A stretch of 64,000 nucleotides of DNA from Minisyncoccota bacterium (GCA_041389105.1 JAWKSO010000004.1:20652-84651), one strand, 5' to 3'. Shown: positions 10,084 to 21,246, counted from the first letter of the stretch. Notes: generated from the letters alone by a model not told the origin. A program made the numbers and translations.

Positions 10084-11994
10084 ATGAAAATCGTCACGAT
10101 AATCCCATTTTTAAAGACTTTGCAGTTAGAAACTCTAACTTATTTCTCTGGAAAAGATGTTTGTATTGGGGATATAGTCTCGGCTCCGATAAGAAAAAAA
10201 GATGTTGACGGAATAGTTATTAATGTCGAAGATGCAAGTCTTCAAAAGGGTGATATCAAAGAGCGGATTTTAATTTTAAAAATAAAGCAAAAGCGTAAAA
10301 GGTTCTTCTATTTTTTTTAAATCTTTTTTAGATTCTTGTGAATATATTAAAGATTATTTTGTCGCTAGCACAGGACAAATTTTAAACACACTTATTCCAG
10401 CAATACTTTTTGCAAACTATGACGAAATAGTGAAAGACAAAATAGAAGATCACAAACGCGGTGAGCTCGCCAGAGAAAAATATGCATTCCAAGCACCAAC
10501 AGAAGACCGGTTGGTTATATACAAAACATACACATCAGAGAATCTTTCGCAAAAAGAATCTGTCTATATTTGTTTCCCGACGATAAGCGAAGCAAAAATT
10601 TCTACGAAAATCTATCAAAAGGTGTAGAAGATTATTCTTTTTATCTTTGCACGCTGGTTTACCTAAAAAAAAGATTTCATAAAAAAATACAACTCCCTAG
10701 TAAAAGAAGAACATCCTATCGTCGTGTTTAGCACTCCTAGCTTTTTCTTTTTACCCAGAAAGGATTTCGGAACAATAATAATAGAACGCGAGAGTTCGGA
10801 TCTTATGTTCAATGCAAAAACCTTATTTAGATGGGCGGATTTTTGCAGAAGTTCTTTCTTATAAAACAAAAATATAAAATAATTTCGCAGATTTTATACT
10901 TCGCACAGAAACTATTTGGCGAGTAAAAAACGCAGAGAGCTTTCAAATTTCGTCCGCTGAACTTTAGACTTCAGAAAAAAGAAGAGGGAGGAGATCATAG
11001 ATATGGAGAAATCAAAAAAGCCAAGATTTCAAAAATAATCTCAAAAAGTTTTTCTAAAAATAAAAGAACGATAGACCTTGGAGGACATATGTTTTTGTTT
11101 ACCTTGCGAAAAGGATATGCCACCACCACAATCTGCAACGACTGCGGAACAATAGCCACCGAAGATGGCGAACCTTTGATACTTTTTGAAGATAGAGAAA
11201 AAAATATTAGATATTTCAAAACAATAAAAAGTAAGAAAATCTTGAACGCCAGAAAGAACATGTACAAATTGCAAAAGCTGGAATCTTGTACCACTTGGTA
11301 TCGGCACAGAAAAAAAGTTTATGAAGAAGTTTTGAGATTAGCAAAAAGAAAATGTTTTTCTTTTGGATAAAAACGAAGCAAAAAAAACGAAAAAACCGCA
11401 AAGAAAATAATTGCTAATTTTGAAAATACTCCCGGATCTATTCTTGTCGGAACAGAAATGGCTCTTTTCTATCTTACAAAAGAAATAGAAAGCGTGGCTG
11501 TTGTTTCTTTCGACAGTCTTTTTAACATTCCACATTACAATGTTTACGAAAAATAATCGACTTAATTGTTATTCTAAATTCCTTCACAAAAAGAAGTCTT
11601 TTAGTTCAGACGCGCCAACCAGAAGAAAAACATACTCAAACATATCCAAAACAGAAACTTAATACAGTTTTATAAAGACGACATCCAAAACCGAAAACAA
11701 TACAAATATCCTCCTTTTTTCAATGTAATAAAAGTGACTTACGAAAGTTCTTTAAAAGAAAGATGAGGTTATCGAATATTTAAAGAATACTTACAAGACT
11801 ATAGTCCAGTGATAAATCAAATCAGAACTGGATCAAATAAATTTAAAATAGTGATGATTATAAAAATAGAACGTAAAAATGGTCGAACGTCGCACTACTT
11901 ATAGAAAGTTCTCCAAAGATAAAGAGCTTCTCGAAAAACTAAAAACACTTCCCTCTTATTGGTCTATTCAAATAAATCCGGACAACTTTTGTAA
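10084..11994 (+). pseudogene. priA: primosomal protein N' (PriA helicase), heavily frameshifted
   Basis: N-terminus MKIVTIIPF..LTYFSGKDVCIGDIVSAPIRKKDVDGIV. Zn-finger region ICNDCGTIA. Also ILVGTEMALFYL and an end like YWSIQINPDNF(L*). The stop needs T5 instead of T4 at 11987-11990. Confidence 0.75.
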
Positions 11995-12040
11995 TCTTGT
12001 GCATACATTAAAAGTATGTAGAATGATAAAAACAAACACC

Positions 12041-12393
12041 ATGGAGGCTTTTGCCAAACATTTCCACACGCGACGTTCTTTTTCAATTGTTGGTCTTGTT
12101 TTTTATTATTTGCCGTATTCTTGCGAATGCGCCAACTACGTAAAAACAAGTTTATCTACCACGCAGTAACCTTTATTCCTCGTGGAAAGTTATGGAATAA
12201 AGAATACACATTTATAGATACGTTAGAAGGTGAGGTAATCAGGAAACATAAGAAAACTGGAGCATGGGAATTTCTTAGTTACAAAAAAGTATGGAAGTCA
12301 TTGAAGGGTGATAGGGTTGAGAAATTGGAGAAAATACTTTACGAACAAAAGCCGATCCGACTCAGTGTAGATATAATACAGAACTTATTGTAG
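12041..12393 (+). pseudogene. hypothetical single-TM protein (one frameshift)
   Basis: MEAFAKHFHTRRSFSIVGLVF.. joins ORF 12121..12393 after one frame change. Followed by a strong terminator. Confidence 0.3.
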
Positions 12394-12417
12394 ATATAGA
12401 CACTTAAACACGGACGT

Positions 12418-12456
12418 AACCGCTTGTTTTCATGAATGAAAACAAGCGGTTTTTTA
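12418..12456 (+). terminator. intrinsic terminator
   Basis: AACCGCTTGTTTTCA-TGAA-TGAAAACAAGCGGTT (15-bp stem) followed by TTTTT. Confidence 0.75.
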
Positions 12457-12528
12457 AAAAAAGATTATCCATTAATTAAATACAGGCTCTTGCATTCCTA
12501 AAAATACTATGTTAATCTAGTCCAACAT

Positions 12529-12764
12529 ATGGCAAAAGCTTTAATACAAGTAACCAAAAAAGAGTGGAGAAAACAGCGCAAGTTTAATGCGCCGATTTTC
12601 CTCGTAAATCAAAAGATTCAGGACTTATTAGAAAAGTTAGATCTCTAAGATACGCAGAAAGAAAATTATCTGATTTCGTTCTAAAGAAAAACGCATTGAA
12701 AAGAATAGCAAATGCAGCAACTCGAGAACATCTTCAAAAAATGGGTAAAATAAAAGAACGATAA
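12529..12764 (+). pseudogene. small basic hypothetical protein (one frameshift)
   Basis: MAKALIQVTKKEWRKQRKFNAPIF.. continues as ..RSLRYAERKLSDFVLKKNALKRIANAATREHLQKMGKIKER*. No family recognised. Confidence 0.25.
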
Positions 12765-12779
12765 AATAAACTGCATATA

Positions 12780-13175
12780 ATGCAAAGTATTGAATCAAAA
12801 AATCTAACAGTAAAAAGAATGACAAAAGGCAAGCTTCCTAGCTTGCCTTTTGTTCGCATAAAAAATGAAATAATCGGAAAAGACTACGATTTAAGCATAA
12901 CTTTTGTCGACAAAAAAACAATCGAGGGTTTAAGTAAACGATTCAAAGGAGACAAAAGTCATAAAAATATTTTAAGCTTCCCTCTCACAAAAAATTCTGG
13001 AGAGATAATTTTAAATTTACAAACCATAAGATTGGAGGCAAAAAACTTTGATAAAAAATATATCGAATATTTGGGTTTTTTAGTTATCCACGGAATCTTG
13101 CATTTGAAGGGATTCGTACATAGTAGTAAAATGGAAGTTGAGGAAAAAAAATTCGTAAAGATGTTTCATCTTTAA
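12780..13175 (+). CDS. ybeY: rRNA maturation endoribonuclease YbeY
   Basis: Intact 131-aa ORF with LVIHGILHLKGFVH (the H-x-x-x-H-x-x-x-x-x-H motif). Confidence 0.85.
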   Translation: MQSIESKNLTVKRMTKGKLPSLPFVRIKNEIIGKDYDLSITFVDKKTIEGLSKRFKGDKSHKNILSFPLTKNSGEIILNLQTIRLEAKNFDKKYIEYLGFLVIHGILHLKGFVHSSKMEVEEKKFVKMFHL

Positions 13176-13196
13176 TTTTTTCTTTTCAAAACCATA

Positions 13197-14360
13197 ATGT
13201 CTAAAAATATAACAGTTGGAATAGACCTCGGTAGCCATCTTGTAAAAGTGATGGTTATTGAACATTTAAAAGAACGAGACAAAAAAACTTCTCGAATAAT
13301 CGGCACAGGAAAAGCCGAAGCCAGAGGGATTAAAAACGGATACATAAATGAACCAGAAGAAGTCATAAGAAGTATAGTGAAATCTGTCAGAGAAGCAGAG
13401 CATCGTTCTGGAATAAAAATCCGACAAGCCACACTTGCTGTCGGTGGTGTTAGTCTTGAATCCAAGCTAGCAAAAGGTACATCTATCATCTCTCGTGCAG
13501 ACAACGAAGTTTCATCTCTCGATGTCCAAAACGCTGTCAGAGAAAGTGAGCAAGGTTTAAAACTCCTAAACAGACACGTCATAGATTCTATTCCCTATGC
13601 ATACAAACTAGACGGAAAAGATTTATACGCAAGACCAGAAGGACTTCGCGGGGTAAAGCTCGAAGTCACAAGTCTTTTTGTAACTTGTATAAACCGGCAC
13701 CTCGAAGCTCTTGTTAACTCTGTAAACAACGCAGGAGTCGATGTCGTCGATGTTATCGCCGCACCGCTGGCTTCTAGTGTGGCCGTGCTTTCAAACCAAC
13801 AAAAAACAGCTGGATGTATTTTAGTAGATATCGGTGCAGAGACCATTTCTCTTTCTGTCTTCGAAGATGGAGATATAATTTCTATAAAAGTTTTACCTAT
13901 TGGAGGAATAGACATAACCCGAGATTTGGCTTTGGGACTTAAAATAACTTTAGACGAAGCCGAGAAAATTAAAAAAGGTGAAATAACTGGCAACTTCGAT
14001 CCAAAAGACGTAAGCGAAATAGTAGAAGCTCGTGTTACAGAATTTTTCGAAATAATCCAAAAGTTTCTAAAGAAAATAAACAAAGACGGAAGACTTGCTG
14101 GAGGAGCGATAATAGTCGGCGGTGCGACCAACAACGACACCACAGAAAGAATCGCTAAAAATATTTTAAACTTACCGATCACAATGTCTGGATCTCTTGG
14201 TTCTGGAGTTTTAAAAGATCCAGCTTGGTATGTGGTTTACGGACTTTGTATGTCTGGAAGATACAATCAAGGCCACAACAACTACTCAAACCCAGTCACA
14301 AAAGTTTTTAAATCACTGGGAGATTTTTTCAAAAATGTTGCGAAGCAACTAATGCCGTAA
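13197..14360 (+). CDS. ftsA: cell division protein FtsA
   Basis: Intact 387-aa actin-fold ORF (ITVGIDLGSHLVKVMV, ILVDIGAETISLSVF) directly upstream of ftsZ. Confidence 0.9.
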   Translation: MSKNITVGIDLGSHLVKVMVIEHLKERDKKTSRIIGTGKAEARGIKNGYINEPEEVIRSIVKSVREAEHRSGIKIRQATLAVGGVSLESKLAKGTSIISRADNEVSSLDVQNAVRESEQGLKLLNRHVIDSIPYAYKLDGKDLYARPEGLRGVKLEVTSLFVTCINRHLEALVNSVNNAGVDVVDVIAAPLASSVAVLSNQQKTAGCILVDIGAETISLSVFEDGDIISIKVLPIGGIDITRDLALGLKITLDEAEKIKKGEITGNFDPKDVSEIVEARVTEFFEIIQKFLKKINKDGRLAGGAIIVGGATNNDTTERIAKNILNLPITMSGSLGSGVLKDPAWYVVYGLCMSGRYNQGHNNYSNPVTKVFKSLGDFFKNVAKQLMP

Positions 14361-14382
14361 GGGTTTAAATTAATTAAATAAG

Positions 14383-14401
14383 AAAAGGGCGCGCCCTTTT
14401 T
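14383..14401. terminator. intrinsic terminator after ftsA
   Basis: AAAAGGGCGCGCCCTTTT palindrome. Confidence 0.6.
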
Positions 14402-14462
14402 CCATTAAAAACATACAAAAACAAAGCGCCCCGCATGACGGAGCGCTTTTTGTTCTCAAGCC

Positions 14463-14667
14463 TTAGGCTTTGACCACAGTCATACCTGAGTACTGTTGAC
14501 GTTTTGGCAAAAATTGTAATACCACCAAAAGTGCTGAAAAGAAGGTACAGGGTAGGACCACGAACCATTGAGGTAAAGCCTCAATGTAAAAGTATAGTCC
14601 ACAACTCACAACCAGCAACAAGCTGAGAATCACGGAAACATAGATCAGTTTTTTTTAGAGTGTTCAT
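14463..14667 (-). pseudogene. small two-TM membrane protein (frameshift in an A8 run)
   Basis: MNTLKK-LIYVSVILSLLLVVSCGLYFYIEALPQWFVVLPCTFFSALLVVLQFLPKRQQYSGMTVVKA*. G+C-richer than its neighbours. Followed by hairpin AAAGCGC..GCGCTTT. Confidence 0.35.
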
Positions 14668-14792
14668 GGTTTTTATTATGTTCGTTTAATAAAATTTAGA
14701 ACAAAAAACACATAATGTCAACCCTTTTCCCTATTTTCCTTTTCTGGTATTATGTGAGGGACACGATTATTACTAGAAATTCGAATTCAAAT

Positions 14793-16028
14793 ATGGCAAA
14801 AATAACAACTGACGTCGAAACGTTTGCGAGAATCAAAGTCGTTGGAGTTGGCGGTTCTGGAGGAAATGCGGTAAATCACATGATAGCTTCTAAAGTAAAA
14901 GAGGTTGGCTTTATCGTAATGAACACAGATACTCAAGACTTACACAAATCTTTAGCAGACAGAAAAATACACTTAGGAAAAAACTTAACAAAAGGTCTCG
15001 GTGCAGGAATGAATCCAGAGATTGGTAAAAAAGCTGCAGAAGAAACAAAATCTGAAATCCAAGATATTTTGAAGGGAACAGACATGGTTTTCATTGCTTG
15101 TGGTATGGGAGGTGGAACAGGAACAGGTGCAGCACCTATCGTTGCCCGTGCAGCGAAAGAACAAGGTATCTTAACTGTTGCTGTCGTTACCAAACCATTT
15201 TTCTTTGAAGGACAACACCGACAAAGACTCGCAGAACAAGGTATCAAAGAACTTGAAAAAGAAGTTGATGCTATTGTCATAATCCCAAACGACCGTCTGT
15301 CTGCCATAACAGAAAAAGAAACAACTCTTAAAGACGCTTTCGCAATGTCTGACGACATACTACGACAAGCTGTAGAAGGAATTTCAGACCTAATCACAAC
15401 TCCTGGAATAATCAACGTAGACTTTGCCGACATAAAAGCGATCATGTCAGATGCTGGTTCTGCTCTTATGGGTATCGGGCGTGCTGCTGGAGACAACAGG
15501 GCCGAAGAAGCAGCTCTTAAAGCTATTAATTCCCCACTACTTGAAATCTCTATAAACGGAGCTAGAGGAGTTCTATTCTCTGTCGCAGGTGGCGAAGATT
15601 TAGGACTGCAAGAAGTTCAATCAGCTGCAAAGATAATCACAGAATCAATAGACAAAGACGCGAGAGTTATTTTCGGAACAACAAAAGACGAAAAACTAAA
15701 GAAAGGAGAAATCCAAATCACAGTTATTGCGACTGGATTCCCTACTGGAAGCCCGAAGAAAAGTATTTCACAATCTCAAAACGAAGTTAGTATTCAAAAA
15801 CAACTAAGCTCTATTCGCGAAGAAAAGAAAGATGACCAAGTCGCAACAAAACAAAAGAAGACTATCGAGGAGTTTGATTTGGAAGATATAATGCCAAAAC
15901 ATAACTCACGAGAAGCAATTGAGATTATCGATGGCGATGCTTTTGAAGATGATGAGGAAGACGAAGATGATGATGACGATAAAGATGACTGGAGCGCTGT
16001 TCCAGCATTCTTACGAAGGAAGAAGTAG
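14793..16028 (+). CDS. ftsZ: cell division GTPase FtsZ
   Basis: KVVGVGGSGGNAVNHM, GMGGGTGTGAAP, an acidic linker and the C-terminal VPAFLRRKK peptide. Start taken at MAKITTD (internal Met of ORF 14715..16028). Confidence 0.95.
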   Translation: MAKITTDVETFARIKVVGVGGSGGNAVNHMIASKVKEVGFIVMNTDTQDLHKSLADRKIHLGKNLTKGLGAGMNPEIGKKAAEETKSEIQDILKGTDMVFIACGMGGGTGTGAAPIVARAAKEQGILTVAVVTKPFFFEGQHRQRLAEQGIKELEKEVDAIVIIPNDRLSAITEKETTLKDAFAMSDDILRQAVEGISDLITTPGIINVDFADIKAIMSDAGSALMGIGRAAGDNRAEEAALKAINSPLLEISINGARGVLFSVAGGEDLGLQEVQSAAKIITESIDKDARVIFGTTKDEKLKKGEIQITVIATGFPTGSPKKSISQSQNEVSIQKQLSSIREEKKDDQVATKQKKTIEEFDLEDIMPKHNSREAIEIIDGDAFEDDEEDEDDDDDKDDWSAVPAFLRRKK

Positions 16029-16117
16029 GATAATAAAAACAAGCAAAAGAACCTCACCAGCGGGGTTCTTTTTCTTTATGCTATAATACAAAAGTTATAA
16101 ATTTAGATAATCCAAAT

Positions 16118-17041
16118 ATGTTTGACTTAATAATAATCGGTGGTGGTCCAGCAGCAGCTTCTGGGGCCGTATACGCAGCAAGAAAACAACTCAAAACACT
16201 TTTAATCGCAGGAGAATTTGGCGGACAATCTGTTGTTTCAGATAAGATTTTCAACTGGATAGGAACTCCGGAAATCTCTGGTGCTGATTTGGCAAAAAGT
16301 TTTAAAGAGCACGTAAAATATTACGAAGGAGAATTTTTAGAAATCAAAGAAGGAAGTTTGGTTGAAAAAGTCACAAAAACAGAAGATGGATTTTCTGTAA
16401 AAACAAACAAGGGAGAATCTTTTGAAACAAAAACAATTCTTGTTGCATCAGGAAGCTCGCGCAGAAAACTCCCTGACTCGGTTATAAAAGCTGCTGAACT
16501 TGAACACAAAGGACTCACCTACTGCGCGACTTGCGACGGCCCACTATTTTCTGGAATGGATGTCGTGGTTCTAGGTGGAGGAAATGCCGGTTTTGAAACA
16601 GCGGCGCAACTTCTAGCATACACAAAAAGCGTTACCCTAATCCACAGAAGTTCTGAATTCAAAGCAGACCAAATAACAGTAGACAAGGTTCTAAGTCACC
16701 CAAACATGACCGCTGTTTTGAATGCAGATGTCACAGAGATCTTAGGAGATAAATTTGTTTCTGGAATAAAATACAAAGTCGACGGCGAAGAAAAAACATT
16801 AGAAGCAAAAGGAATCTTTGTAGAAATCGGCCAAATTCCAAATACTGAATTTTTAAGTGATGTTCTTAAATTAGATGATTACAAAAGAGTTACCATCGAC
16901 CCATGGAGAAAATCTTCAGAAGTTCCTGGTATTTGGGCGGCTGGGGATTGCACAAATATTCTCTATCACCAAAACAATATCGCCGCAGGAGACGCGGTGA
17001 CAGCTATCGAAGATATTTATATGTATCTTCATACGAGATAG
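16118..17041 (+). CDS. trxB: thioredoxin-disulfide reductase
   Basis: IIIGGGPAAASGA, the CATCDG redox motif, and a second GGGNAG dinucleotide fold. Intact 307 aa. Confidence 0.9.
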   Translation: MFDLIIIGGGPAAASGAVYAARKQLKTLLIAGEFGGQSVVSDKIFNWIGTPEISGADLAKSFKEHVKYYEGEFLEIKEGSLVEKVTKTEDGFSVKTNKGESFETKTILVASGSSRRKLPDSVIKAAELEHKGLTYCATCDGPLFSGMDVVVLGGGNAGFETAAQLLAYTKSVTLIHRSSEFKADQITVDKVLSHPNMTAVLNADVTEILGDKFVSGIKYKVDGEEKTLEAKGIFVEIGQIPNTEFLSDVLKLDDYKRVTIDPWRKSSEVPGIWAAGDCTNILYHQNNIAAGDAVTAIEDIYMYLHTR

Positions 17042-17050
17042 AAATTAAAA

Positions 17051-17077
17051 GGCCCGCAGCTTCGCTGCGGGCCTTTT
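17051..17077 (+). terminator. intrinsic terminator
   Basis: GGCCCGCAG-CTTCG-CTGCGGGCC followed by TTTT. Confidence 0.7.
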
Positions 17078-17301
17078 AATTTATTTTAAAGTTTAAATTA
17101 ACAAATAAGTGGAAAACTTAAGTCAATATTTTGCTATAATAATAATCGATTAACATGATCAAAAGAAAAATAAAATTCTGATTCTCTTAAGTATCGTGGC
17201 ATTATTTGCGACTGCCTTTTCAGGCTTTTTCTATTCTTCAAAAGTTGCGATTGGACCGAATGTGACTTTTTTCAATCGACAATACTTATAACAGCGTTGT
17301 T

Positions 17302-19734
17302 TTGGTTGGAGATGAATTATATATTCCAAGTTTAGACACAGTTTCTGTTATAGATGTCTCAACAAATACATTATTAGAGACAACAATATCTACTGAGGGT
17401 ACAGCCCTTGATCAGGCTGTTGTAGTTGGTGATGATATCTATTGGGCAGACTATAACGGTAATGTAATTGTTATAAATACTATTGATAAAAATGTAATTG
17501 CAACTATTCCTACAGGAAACTCTCCTACGGCTATTGTCACAAATGATACTTTTGTGTATGTAACTAATTATGTCGATGGGACAGTTACCGTTATCGACGT
17601 TGCTACTAATACCGTTACAGATACAATCGTAGTCGGATCTGCACCATCAAACATGGTCTTGGTTGGAAGTGATGTATACGTACTCAATTCTTCTTCCGAT
17701 ACGATTTCAGTCATAAGCACACTTACCAACACAGTAACCGACACAATCGTAGGTGTATTAGATGGACCGTATACAGCTGCTTTAGCGGGAGATAAGCTCT
17801 ATATTGCATCTTATTTCGCTGGTCAAAGCCTCTTATCAATAGTTGATACAACAACTAAAACTTTTATTGAAACTATAGATATAGAGTTAGATTTGCAATC
17901 CCCGCCTGCTATTGTATTAGGAAATAAAATTTATTTTGGCGGAAATCAATTTATTGCAGTATTAGACACTCTTACAAATACGGCAACTTCTATTCCTGCA
18001 ACTAACGAGGTAGCCAACGTTTATCAATACATGATTATGGTAGGAGATAGTTTGTATGCATCAAGTCAATATGCTGGTGGACGAATAGTAGAGATCGACA
18101 CACAAACGGATACATTAGTTGAAATATTCACTCTTGGTACACCAGTTTTTGATATGTCAGAAAATAATAATTTTTTGTACGTTGTATCGCAAAATGTCGG
18201 TGTGTATGTTGTTGACCCTGAAACAAATACAAAAGTAAGTATTTGTGGGCCAACCCTTCAAAGCTTGGAAATCGACACTGATACAATAACTCTTACCTAT
18301 GACAAAGAACTAGACGAAGATTCGATACCGGACGTTACCGATTTTGATGCCACAGTAAATGATTTAAGTGTTAATGTTACTGGTATTGTAATTTCAGGTC
18401 AGACCGTGGTTCTCACAATTGAATCTGATGTCGTATATGGTGACGACGTAAAACTTTCATATACTGTACCTGAAACGGGAAACATTAGAGACCCGTGGAC
18501 AAAACCAGCCGCCGCATTTGAGGAAGAAGCAGTAGAAAATATAACAAAAAACTGCGGGGTTATCCCACTGACTGGGACAAATCCTTTTTCTGGAGCAATT
18601 GTCGGCAACTATCTCTATACAAATGACACAGGATCTGAAACCATTTCTGTCGTCAACCTTGTTACGAGTGAAGTAGATGAGACAATAGATGTAGGCACAG
18701 CTATTTACCAATCAACCTTGGTTGGTGACAAACTGTACCTGAGTTCGTATGAAGACGGAGAAATTCTTATTTTTGATACATCTGACAACACACTCACCGG
18801 TGAGACAATTGAAGTCTCAAGTGCATTTTATTCAACACTTGTTGGAACAGATTTATACGTAACTCAACTCGACAACGCGTCTGTAGCAGTAATAGACACG
18901 CTTACCAACACCGTAACCGACACAATAAATGTCGGTAATTCTCCGTACCACTTAGTTTTGGGAGGAACAGAGTTATTTGTTTCAAATTCGGGTGCGATTT
19001 CGATTTCAGTTATCGACACGCTTACCAACACCGTAACCGACACAATTTTTACTGGCTCCCAGCCTTATTCCGCAACAATTGTCGGAGATAAATTATACGT
19101 AAACGATTACGGCGCAGAAGCTTTTTATGTTATCGATATTCCAACAAAGACGAATGATGTTGATTACTACGTCGGAGGCAACCCGTTGTACTCGATACTT
19201 ATCAATGGAAAACTTTATACAACACTCGAAGGCCAAACCGGTATTTTCATTATTGATCCCGCAGATGGATCGACGCTCGATATAATCTCGACTGACGACG
19301 CACCGTTTTATTTGGCTTATAAAACAAACACGCTGTACGCTATCAGTTTGGACGCATCTACGGTGACAGTTATCGATACTGAAACTGACACTCTCTATGT
19401 TTGTGAACCCATATTTTCGGTCACGTACGCGGCTGGTGAAGGTGGCTCTATTAACGGTGATGTAGATCAAATCGTTGGTATTAACCAAGACGCTACACCT
19501 GTTACCGCTGTGCCAGACGAAGGTTACGAATTCGTAGACTGGTCTGACAATTCAACCGCCAACCCTCGAACAGATACTGCAATAGTCACAACAATTTCCG
19601 TCACCGCAAATTTCTCGCTCATCGGCGCCGAAGAAGAAGTTGAAGAAGAAAATACAAACTTCAGACAACCAACCAGGACAGGTACAACACTAGCGGCTCG
19701 ATTTGCGAATCTAGTAAATATGGGCAAAACATGA
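17302..19734 (+). CDS. large surface protein: YVTN-type beta-propeller repeats, Ig-like segment, InlB B-repeat-like domain
   Basis: Dozens of ~40-aa repeats of the form G..P....(V/L)GD.LYV.N....T(V/I)SVID..TNTVTDTI. C-terminus FSVTYAAGEGGSINGD..GYEFVDWSD. A signal/TM start (MIKRKIK..LSIVALFATAF) lies at 17156 in another frame. Confidence 0.7.
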   Translation: MVGDELYIPSLDTVSVIDVSTNTLLETTISTEGTALDQAVVVGDDIYWADYNGNVIVINTIDKNVIATIPTGNSPTAIVTNDTFVYVTNYVDGTVTVIDVATNTVTDTIVVGSAPSNMVLVGSDVYVLNSSSDTISVISTLTNTVTDTIVGVLDGPYTAALAGDKLYIASYFAGQSLLSIVDTTTKTFIETIDIELDLQSPPAIVLGNKIYFGGNQFIAVLDTLTNTATSIPATNEVANVYQYMIMVGDSLYASSQYAGGRIVEIDTQTDTLVEIFTLGTPVFDMSENNNFLYVVSQNVGVYVVDPETNTKVSICGPTLQSLEIDTDTITLTYDKELDEDSIPDVTDFDATVNDLSVNVTGIVISGQTVVLTIESDVVYGDDVKLSYTVPETGNIRDPWTKPAAAFEEEAVENITKNCGVIPLTGTNPFSGAIVGNYLYTNDTGSETISVVNLVTSEVDETIDVGTAIYQSTLVGDKLYLSSYEDGEILIFDTSDNTLTGETIEVSSAFYSTLVGTDLYVTQLDNASVAVIDTLTNTVTDTINVGNSPYHLVLGGTELFVSNSGAISISVIDTLTNTVTDTIFTGSQPYSATIVGDKLYVNDYGAEAFYVIDIPTKTNDVDYYVGGNPLYSILINGKLYTTLEGQTGIFIIDPADGSTLDIISTDDAPFYLAYKTNTLYAISLDASTVTVIDTETDTLYVCEPIFSVTYAAGEGGSINGDVDQIVGINQDATPVTAVPDEGYEFVDWSDNSTANPRTDTAIVTTISVTANFSLIGAEEEVEEENTNFRQPTRTGTTLAARFANLVNMGKT

Positions 19735-19739
19735 TGAAG

Positions 19740-20111
19740 CTTACCAACTTGTCGTAGATTTTCCGCACATGTTTACCAAAAGAAACAAATCCAGATTTTC
19801 CATTTTGCAGTGGAGAGATTTTTCAATGACAACATGAAGCAAGGAGACAAAGACGGGATTTTCAGTTTATACAATAATGGCATAGTAGCTTGTAAATATC
19901 TTATCTTCAAACTTTTATCAATAAACTGCTTATTCTAAAATATCCGCAAGCATCTGGACCAATTGACGGTATCTTTGGGCCGCTTACTCCCAAGGTGTAT
20001 ACCGCTTACAAGGTTTTTTAAATATTTTTTGTAAAACAACAAACTGACCTTTCCATCGACGGCATTGTTGGACCGTTTACCAAAGAAGCTATAAAAGATT
20101 TGTGTAGGTAG
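19740..20111 (+). pseudogene. peptidoglycan-binding-domain remnant, probably the frameshifted C-terminus of the surface protein
   Basis: Across frames: PIDGIFGPLTPKVYTAYKVF and LSIDGIVGPFTKEAIKDLCR*, the DG.FG..T/DGIVG..T signature of PG_binding_1. Confidence 0.45.
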
Positions 20112-20229
20112 GTTTTTGGTGAGGCGTTCTAGAGAAAACTCTCAGGGTTATCTTTTATACAGTTAAGTAAGGAATGTCCTTACTTTACTTAATAACTTAT
20201 TTTCTTAAAATTTAGTATAATTTACATCT

Positions 20230-21246
20230 ATGAAAAATGTGAAGGAAAATCTATCTGACCTTATTGGAAACACTCCAATGCTCGAGGTTAAAACTGTGAG
20301 GCCCGACTGGATGGTTTACCTTAAACTTGAATATTTCAGCCCAGCAGGAAGTTTCAAAACCGCACAGCCAAAGCCTTAATCGAGGCGGCAGAAAATCAGG
20401 CAAACTGAAAAAAGGTATGAGTCTGTATGAGTCGTCTTCCGGCAACTAGCCAAAGCTCTGGCGATGCTCTCTGGCAAAGGGTTACCAATTCGTGGCTGTT
20501 GTAGACAAACATGCCCCACCGACAAATTAAATTCTATTTTAGCTTACGGTGGGAAGCTTCATTTTGCACCGACCAGCAAGACGAAAAAGGTGGACATTTG
20601 GTGGACGTTCATGGACTACAGCAAGACAGCTGGCTAAAGAAAATGGCGGCATCAATCTAGATCAATACGACAACCCGGAAAACCCACTCGGTTTTTACAA
20701 CAGCTTAAGGAAAAGAATTGAGGCAAGTTCCTGGAATTGATTATCTTATCGGAACAATAGGCACAGGAAGTTCTCTTTCTGGAACAGGAAAATATCTAAA
20801 AGAAAATGGGCCTACTAAAGTTATCGCTCTAGAACCACAAGGTTCGAGTCATTTCTCCCCTCACGGTCACGGGTATTTTATCTCAGGCCCGGGTTATCCT
20901 GCCGGAGCTGTTTTACCGAAAAACATAGATCACAGCGTTTTTGATTTACATGACTACGTTTCAGACAGTCAGGCTTTTAACACTATTAGATTTTTCTCTC
21001 ACAAAAAGGTTTACTCTTCGGAGACTCGAGTGGTATGTTGCTTTATTATGCGATGAAATTTATTCAAAAAGCCCCGAAGATGATAAAAACAAAACAATGG
21101 TGTTGATAATAGGCGACAGCGGAGAAAGCTATCTCTCTCATGCATTTTCAGATGCCTGGATGATAGAAAAAGAACTTTTGGATGAAGGTGTCGGACAAGA
21201 GTTGGAAGGGTTTATTTGTAATTTAACTTTAGATATTTTTATATAA
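20230..21246 (+). pseudogene. cysteine synthase / cystathionine beta-synthase family PLP enzyme, heavily frameshifted
   Basis: MKNVKENLSDLIGNTPMLEV..YLKLEYFSPAGSFK at the start. Later GTIGTGSSLSGTGKYLKE and LIIGDSGESYLS in other frames. Confidence 0.7.

Noticed and set aside
13172-15496. Long ORFs in the supplied track antisense to ftsA and ftsZ (13172..13582, 13595..14182, 14933..15496). There are many similar shadow ORFs opposite lepA, clpB, valS, gyrA and others.
   Set aside because: They overlap confidently identified genes on the other strand, have low-complexity Ser/Pro/Ile-rich products and match no motif. They are typical antisense shadows.
15930-16010. GAT/GAA-rich low-complexity DNA. 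Considered as a tandem repeat.
   Set aside because: It encodes the acidic linker (EDDEEDEDDDDDKDD) before the conserved C-terminal peptide of FtsZ. This is coding low complexity, not a repeat element.
18895-19046. Perfect 32-nt repeat GACACGCTTACCAACACCGTAACCGACACAAT at 18895-18926 and 19015-19046 (a diverged copy is near 17719). Considered as CRISPR-like or DGR template/variable repeats.
   Set aside because: The copies are in frame, 120 nt (40 codons) apart, inside the YVTN repeat protein, and encode the recurring IDTLTNTVTDTI motif. There are no spacer-like unique units, no A-specific mismatches and no reverse transcriptase nearby.
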